Part shown: positions 17,511 to 26,103 of the stretch, piece after piece
How the letters are laid out: every line of letters starts with the position of its first letter
How positions within the stretch are numbered: position 1 is the first letter of the stretch
Virus record (IMG/VR): IMGVR_UViG_3300037515_000384
Span: 1 to 27,325 of that record
Length of the DNA: 27,325 nucleotides
Direction: 5' to 3' (one strand)
DNA from: a virus
Lineage: Duplodnaviria > Caudoviricetes
Notes under the pieces: generated by a model
Databases searched by the model: none
Seen by the model: the letters and a program-made list of their open reading frames with translations, nothing else
Told to the model about the DNA's origin: nothing
Position numbers and translations under genes: made by a program

Positions 17511-17758
17511 GCGACCGAGGGGACCGGTGTAGTGAGCATCCGCAGGTAGCGGCGCGTGTGGATGATCCCCCGCTCGGCATCGAACTCGATGGTGCCCTCG
17601 GTGTTGCGACGGTGCTCAGTGACCAACGCGAGGCGGCGGCTACCGAGGGTACGGACAGCAACCGCGTAGTCGAGACCCTCAGCGGAGGCCCACGCCTGGA
17701 TGCGCTCGCGCTCCTCTTCCGTGCAGTGGTCGTACAAGTCGTTCACGGTGAGCCTCAT
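17507..17758 (-). CDS. Hypothetical protein (83 aa)
   Basis: GAGAGGA RBS then MRLTVNDLYDHCTEEERERIQAW... Confidence 0.65.
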   Translation of the reverse strand: MRLTVNDLYDHCTEEERERIQAWASAEGLDYAVAVRTLGSRRLALVTEHRRNTEGTIEFDAERGIIHTRRYLRMLTTPVPSVA

Positions 17759-17878
17759 AGATCGTCCTCTCGTCGCCGAACTTCCGCGCCGGACCAGACG
17801 CTCGCCCACCGAAGCGCAGCGATGGCGGGGGTGAGGAAAACGGTGGGCGCTCGGGATGATGGGGTTCGCCACGCTAGC

Positions 17879-17907
17879 AATGTACACAGCGTCGCCGGGG
17901 ATCACAA
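17879..17907 (-). promoter_or_regulatory. SigA-like promoter, probable late-operon promoter
   Basis: TTGTGA-N17-TACATT in the intergenic gap upstream of the packaging operon. Confidence 0.55.
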
Positions 17908-17931
17908 CGAGGTGACTACATGCCTGTGGGA

Positions 17932-18711
17932 TCACGCTGCGCCTCGCCGGGCGCGCTTGCAGTCGCACGCCTCGGCGCGCCCGCTCTCCCCGATGGTGCG
18001 GTCGTGGCCGTGGCGGGTCCGGTAGGTGGCGCACGTGTCGCACTGGGTGCCGCCGGCCCGCGCCTCGTTGGGGCAGCCGTTGACGGCGTTGCTGCATGCG
18101 GGGCGCCGGTCGGGCTCGGGCTGCCTCGGCTCGCGGTCGAGGCCCTCGGGCACGAGCTTGCGGGCCGCGGTCGCGTGGGCGCAGGCCTCGAGGACGCCGT
18201 GGCGCTCGGGGGCCATGAGGTCGTCGAGCTGGCCGCGCGCCCACTCCAGGCCGAGGGACAGGCCGCGGGCCGCCCGCAGCGCCTCGTCGAGCCCGACGAC
18301 CTGGGCGAGGTCGGCGGGGCGCAGGTGCACGTCGGTGATCCAACCGTGACCGGTCTCGTCGTCGTCGGCGGGCCAGTCGGTGCGCATGATCAGCTCGCGG
18401 TGCGCGCGGGCAAGCTCGCGGCTGATCTCGATCCAGCACCACTCGACGGAACCCTTCCGGGGCGGGGTCCAGGGGGCGGGCTGGGCGATGCCGGAGCCGG
18501 TCTCGGTGTGGACGGCACGGACGTTGGGGCGGCGCAGGTTGGGGTGCGCCGAGCGCTCGTGACCGGGCTCGACCTGCCACTCCTCGACGGGCGCTGGCGG
18601 GCGGCGGCCGGGGACGCGGTCGAGGTCGATCGCCCACATGCGGCGGAGCGAGGCCGCGAGCTGGCGCAGGTCGGCGCGGGCGAACGTGATGCGTGCGTCG
18701 ACGTCGGTCAC
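17932..18711 (-). CDS. Hypothetical protein with C-terminal Zn finger (possible late regulator)
   Basis: GAGGAG RBS, GTG start; C-terminal CSN-x4-C-x10-CDTCATYRTRHG; last gene before the late promoter. Confidence 0.6.
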   Translation of the reverse strand: MTDVDARITFARADLRQLAASLRRMWAIDLDRVPGRRPPAPVEEWQVEPGHERSAHPNLRRPNVRAVHTETGSGIAQPAPWTPPRKGSVEWCWIEISRELARAHRELIMRTDWPADDDETGHGWITDVHLRPADLAQVVGLDEALRAARGLSLGLEWARGQLDDLMAPERHGVLEACAHATAARKLVPEGLDREPRQPEPDRRPACSNAVNGCPNEARAGGTQCDTCATYRTRHGHDRTIGESGRAEACDCKRARRGAA

Positions 18712-19094
18712 GGGGACTCCTCGGTCGTTCGATGCGCTTGGTCGCCGAACCGACGCTGCCCCCAGTCCACCGGCCCGTGATCGCGCAGCCATCGCGCGGC
18801 GGCGTCCTCACGAGACTCCAGCGGCACCGTTGCGATCCCGAGCCGCCGGGCCGCGATGATGCGGTGATGGCCGTCCCACACGCGCCCGGCGCCGCCGAGG
18901 CACACACCTTGCGTGAGGCCGTGCTCCGCGAGGTGCGCTTCCAGCATCTCCTGATAGTGGCCGTCCTTGCCGCAGCACAGGCACTCCCGGGCACGGATGT
19001 CCCGCTCCTCGTTGGCCCACGTCCAGGGTGGGTCATAGGAGCCGGGGCGGTAGTCGCGCAACAGGTCGGCGAGCGGCATGCTCAATCCGGTCAC
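18708..19094 (-). CDS. ParB/Srx-like nuclease-domain protein
   Basis: VWDGHHRIIAARRLGIATVP motif. Confidence 0.75.
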   Translation of the reverse strand: MTGLSMPLADLLRDYRPGSYDPPWTWANEERDIRARECLCCGKDGHYQEMLEAHLAEHGLTQGVCLGGAGRVWDGHHRIIAARRLGIATVPLESREDAAARWLRDHGPVDWGQRRFGDQAHRTTEESP

Positions 19095-19693
19095 GGGGAC
19101 GGCTCCTCGCGAGCTCGGGGGTCGAGCCGGGGACCCACCCGGAAGTCAGCGACCATCACCCGCACCTCGGGCCATCTCGCGACACCGCCGCGACGACCGG
19201 CGCCGAAGGGCGGCTCGACGGGGGCGTCAGCGGCGTCGAAGTGCTCCTCGCACAGATCAATCTCGACGCGGACAGGACCGACCCACCAGGTCATGCCGAC
19301 GGTGGCAGGCTCGTCGCAGTGCTTCGCGGCGCAGTCGGGGTTGGGAGGCGCGGCGGTCGGCTCCTCGGGGGTAGCGGACAGTGCGCGACGTGCCTCCACG
19401 AGCGCGGAGAACGGCAGCGTGACGGGCGGGTCGATGTCCATGCGCACGATCCATCCGTCGGGTGGCTCGTAGCCGCCGTGGACGTCGAGCGCGTCGAGGA
19501 ACTCGGCGAACGGGTGCAGCGCCACCTCCAGCGCTTGCATGCGCGCCGTGGGGACCACGGACAAGCCCTGCTCAGACAGCGACAGGAGCACCGCGTCGGC
19601 GTCGGCGTTGTCGTCATCCCCTCGTTGCAGTCGGCCGAACACTGCGCTCAGGGCGCGGCGCGTGGCCGCCTGGACTCTCGGGTCATGCGTCAT
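19091..19693 (-). CDS. Hypothetical protein
   Basis: AGGAG RBS, ATG 19693 (MTHDPRVQAATRRAL...); contains C-x4-C...LCEEH Zn-binding-like motif. Confidence 0.6.
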   Translation of the reverse strand: MTHDPRVQAATRRALSAVFGRLQRGDDDNADADAVLLSLSEQGLSVVPTARMQALEVALHPFAEFLDALDVHGGYEPPDGWIVRMDIDPPVTLPFSALVEARRALSATPEEPTAAPPNPDCAAKHCDEPATVGMTWWVGPVRVEIDLCEEHFDAADAPVEPPFGAGRRGGVARWPEVRVMVADFRVGPRLDPRAREEPSP

Positions 19694-19701
19694 CGCGTCT
19701 C

Positions 19702-20343
19702 CTATCTCAGCCTCAGCTTCCGGCTGCACGACGGCCAGGCTCCCCAGCCCTGCCGTGCCAGCAGCCGCTCCCCCATCGCGATCTGCGTCGCGCGCGAGTG
19801 CTCGTGCGGCAGGCCGGTGCCGCCCACCCACGCCCACGACCGCACGGAGAACTGCAGCCCGCCGTAGTAGCCGTTGCCGGTGTTCGCAGCCCAGTTGCCG
19901 CCGGACTCGCAGGCTGCCAGGCGGTCCCACACCGACCCATGCGGGATAGCGGGATTCAATCCGTCGTCGTGCGGGATAGATTCGGCGCGGGGGGGGCCGG
20001 GGGCGGGACGTGCAGCACGGGCGGCCCGCTCCCGCGCTTGCTCGGCCGCCGCGACTTGCGCGTCGTGCTCGGCGGTCTGGCGTTCCGACTCGTTGCTTTC
20101 GCGCAGGTAGGCGAGCGCGGCCTGCTCGCCCCGGTAGTCGTACAGGTGCGGACGGAGTGGCGTGTGGACGGGGGCAGGTGTGGCTTCTGCGCCGATATTA
20201 TCGGCGTCGTTTACACGTTCGCCGTGGGCGGCGAGCACCTCCGGCGGCTTGTACGGCGCAGCGTCAGCCGACTGCGCGACCAGAACACCGGCCACGAACC
20301 CCGCCATGAGGCCGACGATGAGACCGGCGGCGGCGCGGCTCAC
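19702..20343 (-). CDS. rpf: Secreted resuscitation-promoting factor (Rpf transglycosylase domain)
   Basis: Signal peptide ending ADA; C-terminal WDRLAACESGGNWAANTGNGYYGGLQFS..W...GG...QGWGAWPSC with catalytic Glu and both Cys. Confidence 0.92.
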   Translation of the reverse strand: MSRAAAGLIVGLMAGFVAGVLVAQSADAAPYKPPEVLAAHGERVNDADNIGAEATPAPVHTPLRPHLYDYRGEQAALAYLRESNESERQTAEHDAQVAAAEQARERAARAARPAPGPPRAESIPHDDGLNPAIPHGSVWDRLAACESGGNWAANTGNGYYGGLQFSVRSWAWVGGTGLPHEHSRATQIAMGERLLARQGWGAWPSCSRKLRLR

Positions 20344-20486
20344 GAGACGTCACCGTCCCCCAGGTGGGCGCGGAACGCGGCGAGGGGAGCGTCAGCCCGG
20401 CGGATGTGCCCGGCCAGCATGCAGTAGCCGTCGTGCGTCGCCACGCGGGGGCAGGGCGCGTCCTGGCACTTGCAGGACTCAGCCAC
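20340..20486 (-). CDS. Small Cys-rich hypothetical protein (48 aa)
   Basis: GAGGAGG RBS; MAESCKCQDAPCPRVATHDGYCMLAGH...; fills the gap and couples to the rpf start. Confidence 0.55.
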   Translation of the reverse strand: MAESCKCQDAPCPRVATHDGYCMLAGHIRRADAPLAAFRAHLGDGDVS

Positions 20487-21783
20487 GGTCGGCCTCCTCA
20501 CGGACGTCCTCGCCGCGCAGCCCCAGCCTGCGGCCCACGTCCGCGAGCGGGACGCGGTACGGGTCCGGGTCCGGGTCTGCCTTCGCGGCCAGGGCGGCGG
20601 CCAGGTCGGCGGCGGCCTCGGCCTCGGCACGGGCGGCCTGCCGACAGACCTCGCCCTGCCCCTCGCAGCGCACGGGCGGATAACCAGCGGCGTAGTGACG
20701 GTGAGACGGCACCGGCTCGGCACGAGCGGCGGTGTCCCCGGTGGCGAGGGTCCGGGCGTCGATGCCGAGCCGCTGCGCCATGTCGTACAGCCGGTCCCAC
20801 GCCTCGCCCGGGTCACCAGAGCCGAGAATTGCGATGACCTCGCGGTGTAGCCGGTCCCGGTCCCGCTCGGCGGCCTCGGCGCGGGCGGCGACTCGCGCGA
20901 CGAGACGCTGCGACCGCACCACGAGGTCGCGGACATCCTCGACCGACGGCGACCCCTCGAATTCGTCCTCCCACAGGTCGCGGGCGTGCTGCTCGGCTCG
21001 CTCCAGAGCGGTCTCGGCGGCCTCGGCGCGGGCGGTGGCCTCACCGGCACGCTGCGCCCACGAGCGAGCACGGTCGGCCTCCTCGGTCACGAGACCCCAG
21101 CCCGCACCCTCGGCCTCTTCAACCCAGTGACCCCACACGCGCCCGCACGTCGGACACGTCCACCGCTCACCCTCCTGACGGTCGCCACCCGCCGACGGCA
21201 CGGCCGCACGACAACAGGCGTACGGGTCAGCCTCCTCAATGAGCGCGTCGCCCAGTTGCTGCGCGAACGCCTTGTTGACTGCGGCGATGCGTTCGGGGGT
21301 AGCGGCGGCGAAAGCGGCGCACAGGTCGTTGATCGCGGACCACCATTCGGAGCCGTCGTTGCCCTCGGCGTGCAACCGCCTGATGCGTTCGGCTGGCTCC
21401 CGCAGCCGTTCGACTGCGGCGCGGGCCTCGTCACGCTCGTGGGCACGGTCGGCCAGCGCGGCGCGCATCCGCTCACGCGACACGTCGGCGTCGGCCACCA
21501 GAGCCTCGGAACGTTCGGCGCGGTCCATCGCCGCGTTGCGCTCGCGGGCGAGCGTCGAGCAGTGCAGCCGCCCGTCGACGCTCGCCCACACGATCACATC
21601 CTCCTCACGGACGTACCCCGGCGGCACCTCGTCGGCGGGACGGACCACCCAACCGCGCTCGGTGAGAACGCCCGCAATCAGGTCGGCTACTGCGAGGTCC
21701 GTGTCCACCCACCCACGGAACAGCTCGTGCTCACATAGCGCCGTCGCCAGTGCAGCCCTCGCGTCCTCGTTGCGCTCGGTCAT
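20479..21783 (-). CDS. Hypothetical coiled-coil protein with Zn ribbon
   Basis: 434 aa, repeated ERDEARA/AERDRDRL coiled-coil segments, WTCPTCGRVW; AAAGGA RBS. Confidence 0.65.
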   Translation of the reverse strand: MTERNEDARAALATALCEHELFRGWVDTDLAVADLIAGVLTERGWVVRPADEVPPGYVREEDVIVWASVDGRLHCSTLARERNAAMDRAERSEALVADADVSRERMRAALADRAHERDEARAAVERLREPAERIRRLHAEGNDGSEWWSAINDLCAAFAAATPERIAAVNKAFAQQLGDALIEEADPYACCRAAVPSAGGDRQEGERWTCPTCGRVWGHWVEEAEGAGWGLVTEEADRARSWAQRAGEATARAEAAETALERAEQHARDLWEDEFEGSPSVEDVRDLVVRSQRLVARVAARAEAAERDRDRLHREVIAILGSGDPGEAWDRLYDMAQRLGIDARTLATGDTAARAEPVPSHRHYAAGYPPVRCEGQGEVCRQAARAEAEAAADLAAALAAKADPDPDPYRVPLADVGRRLGLRGEDVREEADRG

Positions 21784-21950
21784 GCGTCCGTCCTTTCGTC
21801 GTCGTCGCGGCGGGTGCCGCGAGGCCGTGCGGCGATCTCACGCGCCAGCCGGGCGAGCGCCACCTCGCGCGCCGGGCCCTCGGGGATCTCGTCGAGGATG
21901 CGACGGATCGGCGAGCGCAGATCGAGTCCCGTGTCGTCGGGGTCGCTCAC
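21780..21950 (-). CDS. Hypothetical protein (56 aa)
   Basis: GGAGG RBS; 4-bp overlaps at both ends; MSDPDDTGLDLRSPIRRILDEI... Confidence 0.55.
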   Translation of the reverse strand: MSDPDDTGLDLRSPIRRILDEIPEGPAREVALARLAREIAARPRGTRRDDDERTDA

Positions 21951-22705
21951 GCGGTCACCTCCCCCGGATGGCAGTCGGGGCAGGAGTACTCGCGCCCGTC
22001 GGCCTCGCGGTAGCGGTGGCCGGCCGACTCGCACTCGCCGCACCACGGCGGCACGGGGCGAGGCTTCGCGGCGCGGTGCCCGGCGATCAGCGCCTCGAGG
22101 TCGCCGGACGGCAGGGACCGCAGGTACGCCAGGGGCCGCTTGACCGTGGGGTCGGCTTGGAGCGCAGCGAGTATCTCTCTCGCCTCGTCCGGCGCCGCGC
22201 CGACGTCGTGCAGCAGTGCCTCCCCCGGAGAGAGAGATGTCTCTGTCTCTGTCTCTGTCTCTACTGCATTAGGTGCCGCCATAGGTGCACCCATTGGGTA
22301 GGCATTGCCGGACCCATTGGGTGACGGGTGGCAGAGCGGACAGTCGGGGGACGGCTCGTCGCGGTGCCAGCGGTTGTGCGCGCCGAGCAGGCCGCCGTGC
22401 GACTTCTCCTGCTGCCCCGCCTCGACCTCGGCGGCGCTCTTGTTGTGTCGCGCCCACGCCACGATCCGATAGCCGCCCTCGACGCGCTCCCACAAGCCGA
22501 CGTCAACGAGCTTGCGCGCCCGGGCGCCGACGCCCGCCAGGCCGAAGCGGGGCAGGTGCGCGTCCGCGACGACCCCGTCGGAGAGGATGCGCTTCGCCAA
22601 GCACAGCGCACGCAGGTACAGCAGCTCGGCGCGCTCGCCGGCGAGGATGATCTTCTCGTCGTCGGCGTAGTTCACGTCGAGCGGGACGTACAGGGTGCGT
22701 GCCAT
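21947..22705 (-). CDS. Phage replication initiator (replisome organiser-like)
   Basis: LDVNYADDEKI...LY...L......SDG....LVDVGLWERVEGGYRI..W..HN N-domain, ETETETET linker, C-terminal WCGEC...CPDCHP; start corrected to ATG 22705. Confidence 0.72.
   Translation of the reverse strand: MARTLYVPLDVNYADDEKIILAGERAELLYLRALCLAKRILSDGVVADAHLPRFGLAGVGARARKLVDVGLWERVEGGYRIVAWARHNKSAAEVEAGQQEKSHGGLLGAHNRWHRDEPSPDCPLCHPSPNGSGNAYPMGAPMAAPNAVETETETETSLSPGEALLHDVGAAPDEAREILAALQADPTVKRPLAYLRSLPSGDLEALIAGHRAAKPRPVPPWCGECESAGHRYREADGREYSCPDCHPGEVTA
22240..22322. repeat. Hexamer tandem repeat and iteron-like repeats inside the initiator gene
   Basis: (GTCTCT)n; ACCCATTGGGT at 22289 and 22312; TAGGTGC at 22270 and 22282. 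Confidence 0.6.
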
Positions 22706-22740
22706 GCCGGGGGCCTCGATTGGTCGGGGGGCGGGGGGAG

Positions 22741-23046
22741 TCAGGACGCGGCGGCGACCACCCCCCAGGAGCGGCGGCGACGACGTCCGGTGCGCCGAAG
22801 CTCGCGGCGCAGCTCGTCCGGTGTCAGTCCGCCCCACACGCCGTCGGTCTGGCCGCTCTCCAGCGCCCAGGCGCGGCACTGTTCGCGGACGGGGCAGCGG
22901 GCGCAGACGGCCAGCGCGGGGTCGTAGCGCGGGTCGTGCCGGCCGGCCGCCTTGTCGCTCGCCGCGACGGGGACCGGGTGGAAGCTCTCGGGGTCCACCG
23001 CGGGGTCGGCGCAGGCAGCCTCGGCGCGCCAGCTCTGGCCGCTCAC
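22741..23046 (-). CDS. whiB: WhiB family transcription factor
   Basis: WRAEAAC...VCARCPVREQC...GVWGGLT. Confidence 0.9.
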   Translation of the reverse strand: MSGQSWRAEAACADPAVDPESFHPVPVAASDKAAGRHDPRYDPALAVCARCPVREQCRAWALESGQTDGVWGGLTPDELRRELRRTGRRRRRSWGVVAAAS

Positions 23047-24395
23047 GCGGCATCCCCCCCGGTGAAGTCGAGCACCGGCTCAATCGGCTGTGACAACCGC
23101 TCCCGGATGATGGCCACGTACTCCGCTTCGCGTTCCACGAGGATGCAGCCGAACCCCTCGATGATGCAGGCGACACCGGTCGTGCCGGACCCTGCGAACG
23201 GGTCGAGCACCGTCCCGCCGGGCGGGGTGACGAGCCGCACCAGCCATCTACACAAGTCGACCGGTTTGACCGTTGGATGGTGATTGCCCGCCCCCCGGTC
23301 GTGCCTGCTCGCCTTGCTCGTGTAGAAGAAGCGGGACGCGCCGCCCGAGTCGGTGAAGCCGTCACCTGATCCGCGTCGCCAGCCGATCTGACCGGCCTCG
23401 TGGTCCGGGGTGCGCGTAGTGCGGTGTGACGGTGGGATGGTCCCGCTCTGCGCGTCGAGTAGTTCCGCGGCGCGCTCATCGAGGACGACGTTCGCGGGCC
23501 AACGGCCAGACACAGAAGCCGCGGTCGTCTCACGCACCCGTTCGACGGTCTCACCCATGATCCCGCCGCGTCGCCCATGCATGCCCACCGAGGGCTTCCC
23601 GGGTGGTTCGTGATGCATCGTCCTGCACGCATCGATGTTGAGCGCGCCCGTGCCGTGCTCGAGCACGTTCCGGGCCACCGTCCCAGTCAGAGGCTTCCGC
23701 GCGAGCACGATGCTTTCCCATGCTGGTTTCAGCGCAGTCCCCCAGCCGTCCCAGCGCTTCGCGTCCTCGGTGACTGGCACGTCGCGGCGCTCGTAGGTCG
23801 GCTGCCACTCGTAGGCGTCGTCGTCAAACGTGCCGCCCTCCGTCGGTACATGCCCGCGTGCGGTGCCGGTGACGTCGCGTTCCGCGCCGTGCATCTTGTC
23901 GATGGCCTTCGACGCGTCCAGCGACTTGGGCAGCCCTTGCCCGTACAACCACATGAGGCAGTCGCGCACCTCGAACCCGGCGTCCTCGATACCGCACGTC
24001 AACCGGTGGAACGTCCGGGTGCCACCCATGGCGAGCATGTGTCCGCCAGGCTTCAACACCCGCAACACTTCACGCGCCCACTGCTCGCACCAGGCTTGGA
24101 AGGGACGCCCCGCTGACCTGAGCGAGTCCACCCCGCCAGCGAGGTACGGCCCTGCGCTCGTGCTATGCCCTTGACCAGTCGGCGTCACCTCGTCCGCTCG
24201 TTCCTGCCGTGCCCGCGAACCGCGCCCCGTGTCCCCGATACGGTCCCATTTTTCGCCCATAAAGCCCAAGGCGTACGGCGGGTCGGTGACCAGCGCGTCG
24301 ACCGACTCCGGGTCCATCTCGGCGAGCACGTCGAGACAATCGCCGCGGAACACGGTCACACCCTGCGCGGCGTAGTACGGGGTCGGGAGGGTCAC
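23043..24395 (-). CDS. DNA amino-methyltransferase (N6-A/N4-C, beta class)
   Basis: GDCL, TDPPY, RVLKPGG, HPTVKP, LDPFAGSGTT. Confidence 0.93.
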   Translation of the reverse strand: MTLPTPYYAAQGVTVFRGDCLDVLAEMDPESVDALVTDPPYALGFMGEKWDRIGDTGRGSRARQERADEVTPTGQGHSTSAGPYLAGGVDSLRSAGRPFQAWCEQWAREVLRVLKPGGHMLAMGGTRTFHRLTCGIEDAGFEVRDCLMWLYGQGLPKSLDASKAIDKMHGAERDVTGTARGHVPTEGGTFDDDAYEWQPTYERRDVPVTEDAKRWDGWGTALKPAWESIVLARKPLTGTVARNVLEHGTGALNIDACRTMHHEPPGKPSVGMHGRRGGIMGETVERVRETTAASVSGRWPANVVLDERAAELLDAQSGTIPPSHRTTRTPDHEAGQIGWRRGSGDGFTDSGGASRFFYTSKASRHDRGAGNHHPTVKPVDLCRWLVRLVTPPGGTVLDPFAGSGTTGVACIIEGFGCILVEREAEYVAIIRERLSQPIEPVLDFTGGDAA

Positions 24396-25849
24396 GCTCC
24401 TACCGCCTCAAGGTCGAGCGCGAGCAGCGGGGCGAGCACGACGGCGGCGAGTGGTGGGGGGATGGCGTTGCCGACCTGGCGGAACTGTGCGGTCCTCGTG
24501 CCCTGCCAGGGGTAGTCGGGGGGGAAGCCTTGGAGGGTGGCGGCTTGCTGGACGGTGACGCGGACGGCGTTGTCGCCTGAGCGTGTGGGGTTGCCGTCGG
24601 CGTAGTCGGCGGGGTTGCCGCGCCAGCCGGGCGGGGAGACGCGCGGGTCGCCCTGCACGGTCGTGGCGGGACGCTCACGCACCCAGCCCATCGTCGCGGC
24701 GTCTTCACGCTGGTCGCGGTTCGTGTGCATCTTCCAGCGTTGCGGCGGGTCGATGTGCTGCCCCTTCGATGCGATCCTCCACGAGCCACCAACCTTCCCG
24801 TCGACGGTCGGCGCCGGCTCATCGCACGAACGCTCGTAGGGGACCATGTCCTGCGCGTCGCGAGAGTGCTTCATGGTGTTCATGCCCGTGCGGACCGTCC
24901 ACCGGTGCGCCTCGCCGGTGATCGTCGGCGGGGGAGTCGCGGCGGGACTCAAGCAGCCAACGGCCTTCGCGTTGCGCCCTGTGGTACTTCTCCATCGCGC
25001 CTGTCCCGCCACGTAGCGCGTCGTGGCCCGTCTGGCGTCCCTGCACCGCACCACGGTGCCGAGCGCCTGCGCCATGCTCACCCACGGCACCAACCCCGGC
25101 CCGAGCAGCGACGGACCCGACCCGCCCTCACAATGCGACGCCACCGGCAACCGCAGATCGCTCACGCGAGTCGCCATCAGGATCGCCCGCCGCCGTGTCT
25201 GCGGCACCCCGAAGTCAGCCGAGTTGAGCACCCCGCACCACGCCCGATAGCCCAACCGGCGCAGCTCCTCCACGTACACCCGCCAGAGCGGCAGCACGTC
25301 CGGCACCTGCTCCATCGCCACCCAGCCCGGCCGCACCGCGGCGATCCACCGGGCCGGCGCGACCACCTGCATCGACACGATCGCCTGGCGGCGTCCCCAC
25401 TCCGCACGCTCGACACGGGTGATCGGCTGCCGGTCGCGATAGCCGATCACGGTGCGCTCGCCGTCGGCGTCCACGCGGTACACCGGCTTGCCGCACGTCT
25501 TGTACGGCCGCGACGCCTTCGCGATCCGCGCGACCTCGGCAGTGCGCTCCCGCATCGTGTTGCGGCCCGCGAACGCGTCGATGATCGCCGACGACAACGG
25601 CCCCATCGCCCGCCGCCCCGCACCCGCACCCGCCGCCGAGAACGTCGTACACGGCGGCGACGCGACCAACCCAACCACTCGCGACGGGACCAGCCGCCAC
25701 ACATCCGCCCTCACCACGTCGTGCCCGCCCGCCCGCGCCGTCGCACAAGCGTCCGCGTCCAGGTCCACCCCGACGTAGGGGCCCTCGTAGCCGACCGCGC
25801 GCAGACCGACGCCCCAGCCGTCCGCGCCGCAGTACAGGTTGACGATCAC
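24392..25849 (-). CDS. DNA cytosine-5 methyltransferase
   Basis: Motif I LYCGADG (variant), IV SPPC, VI MEQV (variant), VIII GVPQTRRR, IX/X LQGFP...RQVGNAIPP. Confidence 0.92.
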   Translation of the reverse strand: MIVNLYCGADGWGVGLRAVGYEGPYVGVDLDADACATARAGGHDVVRADVWRLVPSRVVGLVASPPCTTFSAAGAGAGRRAMGPLSSAIIDAFAGRNTMRERTAEVARIAKASRPYKTCGKPVYRVDADGERTVIGYRDRQPITRVERAEWGRRQAIVSMQVVAPARWIAAVRPGWVAMEQVPDVLPLWRVYVEELRRLGYRAWCGVLNSADFGVPQTRRRAILMATRVSDLRLPVASHCEGGSGPSLLGPGLVPWVSMAQALGTVVRCRDARRATTRYVAGQARWRSTTGRNAKAVGCLSPAATPPPTITGEAHRWTVRTGMNTMKHSRDAQDMVPYERSCDEPAPTVDGKVGGSWRIASKGQHIDPPQRWKMHTNRDQREDAATMGWVRERPATTVQGDPRVSPPGWRGNPADYADGNPTRSGDNAVRVTVQQAATLQGFPPDYPWQGTRTAQFRQVGNAIPPPLAAVVLAPLLALDLEAVGA

Positions 25850-26103
25850 GCGGCCCGCCTCCCGGCCCGGCGCGAGCGCAGGATCTTGTTGCGCTCACGC
25901 TCGGACAGTCCGCCCCAGACGCCGAACCGCTCCCCGTTCGTGAGCGCGTAGTCCAGGCAGCGCTCGCGCACCGGGCACGGTGCGATATCGCCGTCCCCGG
26001 TGCAGAGCCGCTTCGCGTCGAGGGTGGAGCCGCCGACCAGCGGGAAGAACGTCTCGGGCTCCGCGCTCGCGCAGGCGCCGTGGCGCTTCCAGTCGAGGCT
26101 CAC
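25846..26103 (-). CDS. whiB: WhiB family transcription factor
   Basis: WKRHGAC..AEPETFFP...AKRLC..(insert)..CPVRERCLDYAL..GERFGVWGGLSERER; GTG start at 26103. Confidence 0.93.
   Translation of the reverse strand: MSLDWKRHGACASAEPETFFPLVGGSTLDAKRLCTGDGDIAPCPVRERCLDYALTNGERFGVWGGLSERERNKILRSRRAGRRAA

Noticed and set aside
17507-19036. 509-aa Arg-rich ORF
   Set aside because: Alternative-frame artefact; only the last 83 codons have an RBS and plausible composition.
22238-22262. (GTCTCT)n as a phase-variable repeat
   Set aside because: The unit is a multiple of 3 and encodes the ETETET linker typical of phage initiators.
21947-23632. 561-aa ORF
   Set aside because: Only the part from 22705 is protein-like; the upstream part overlaps WhiB and the MTase in another frame.
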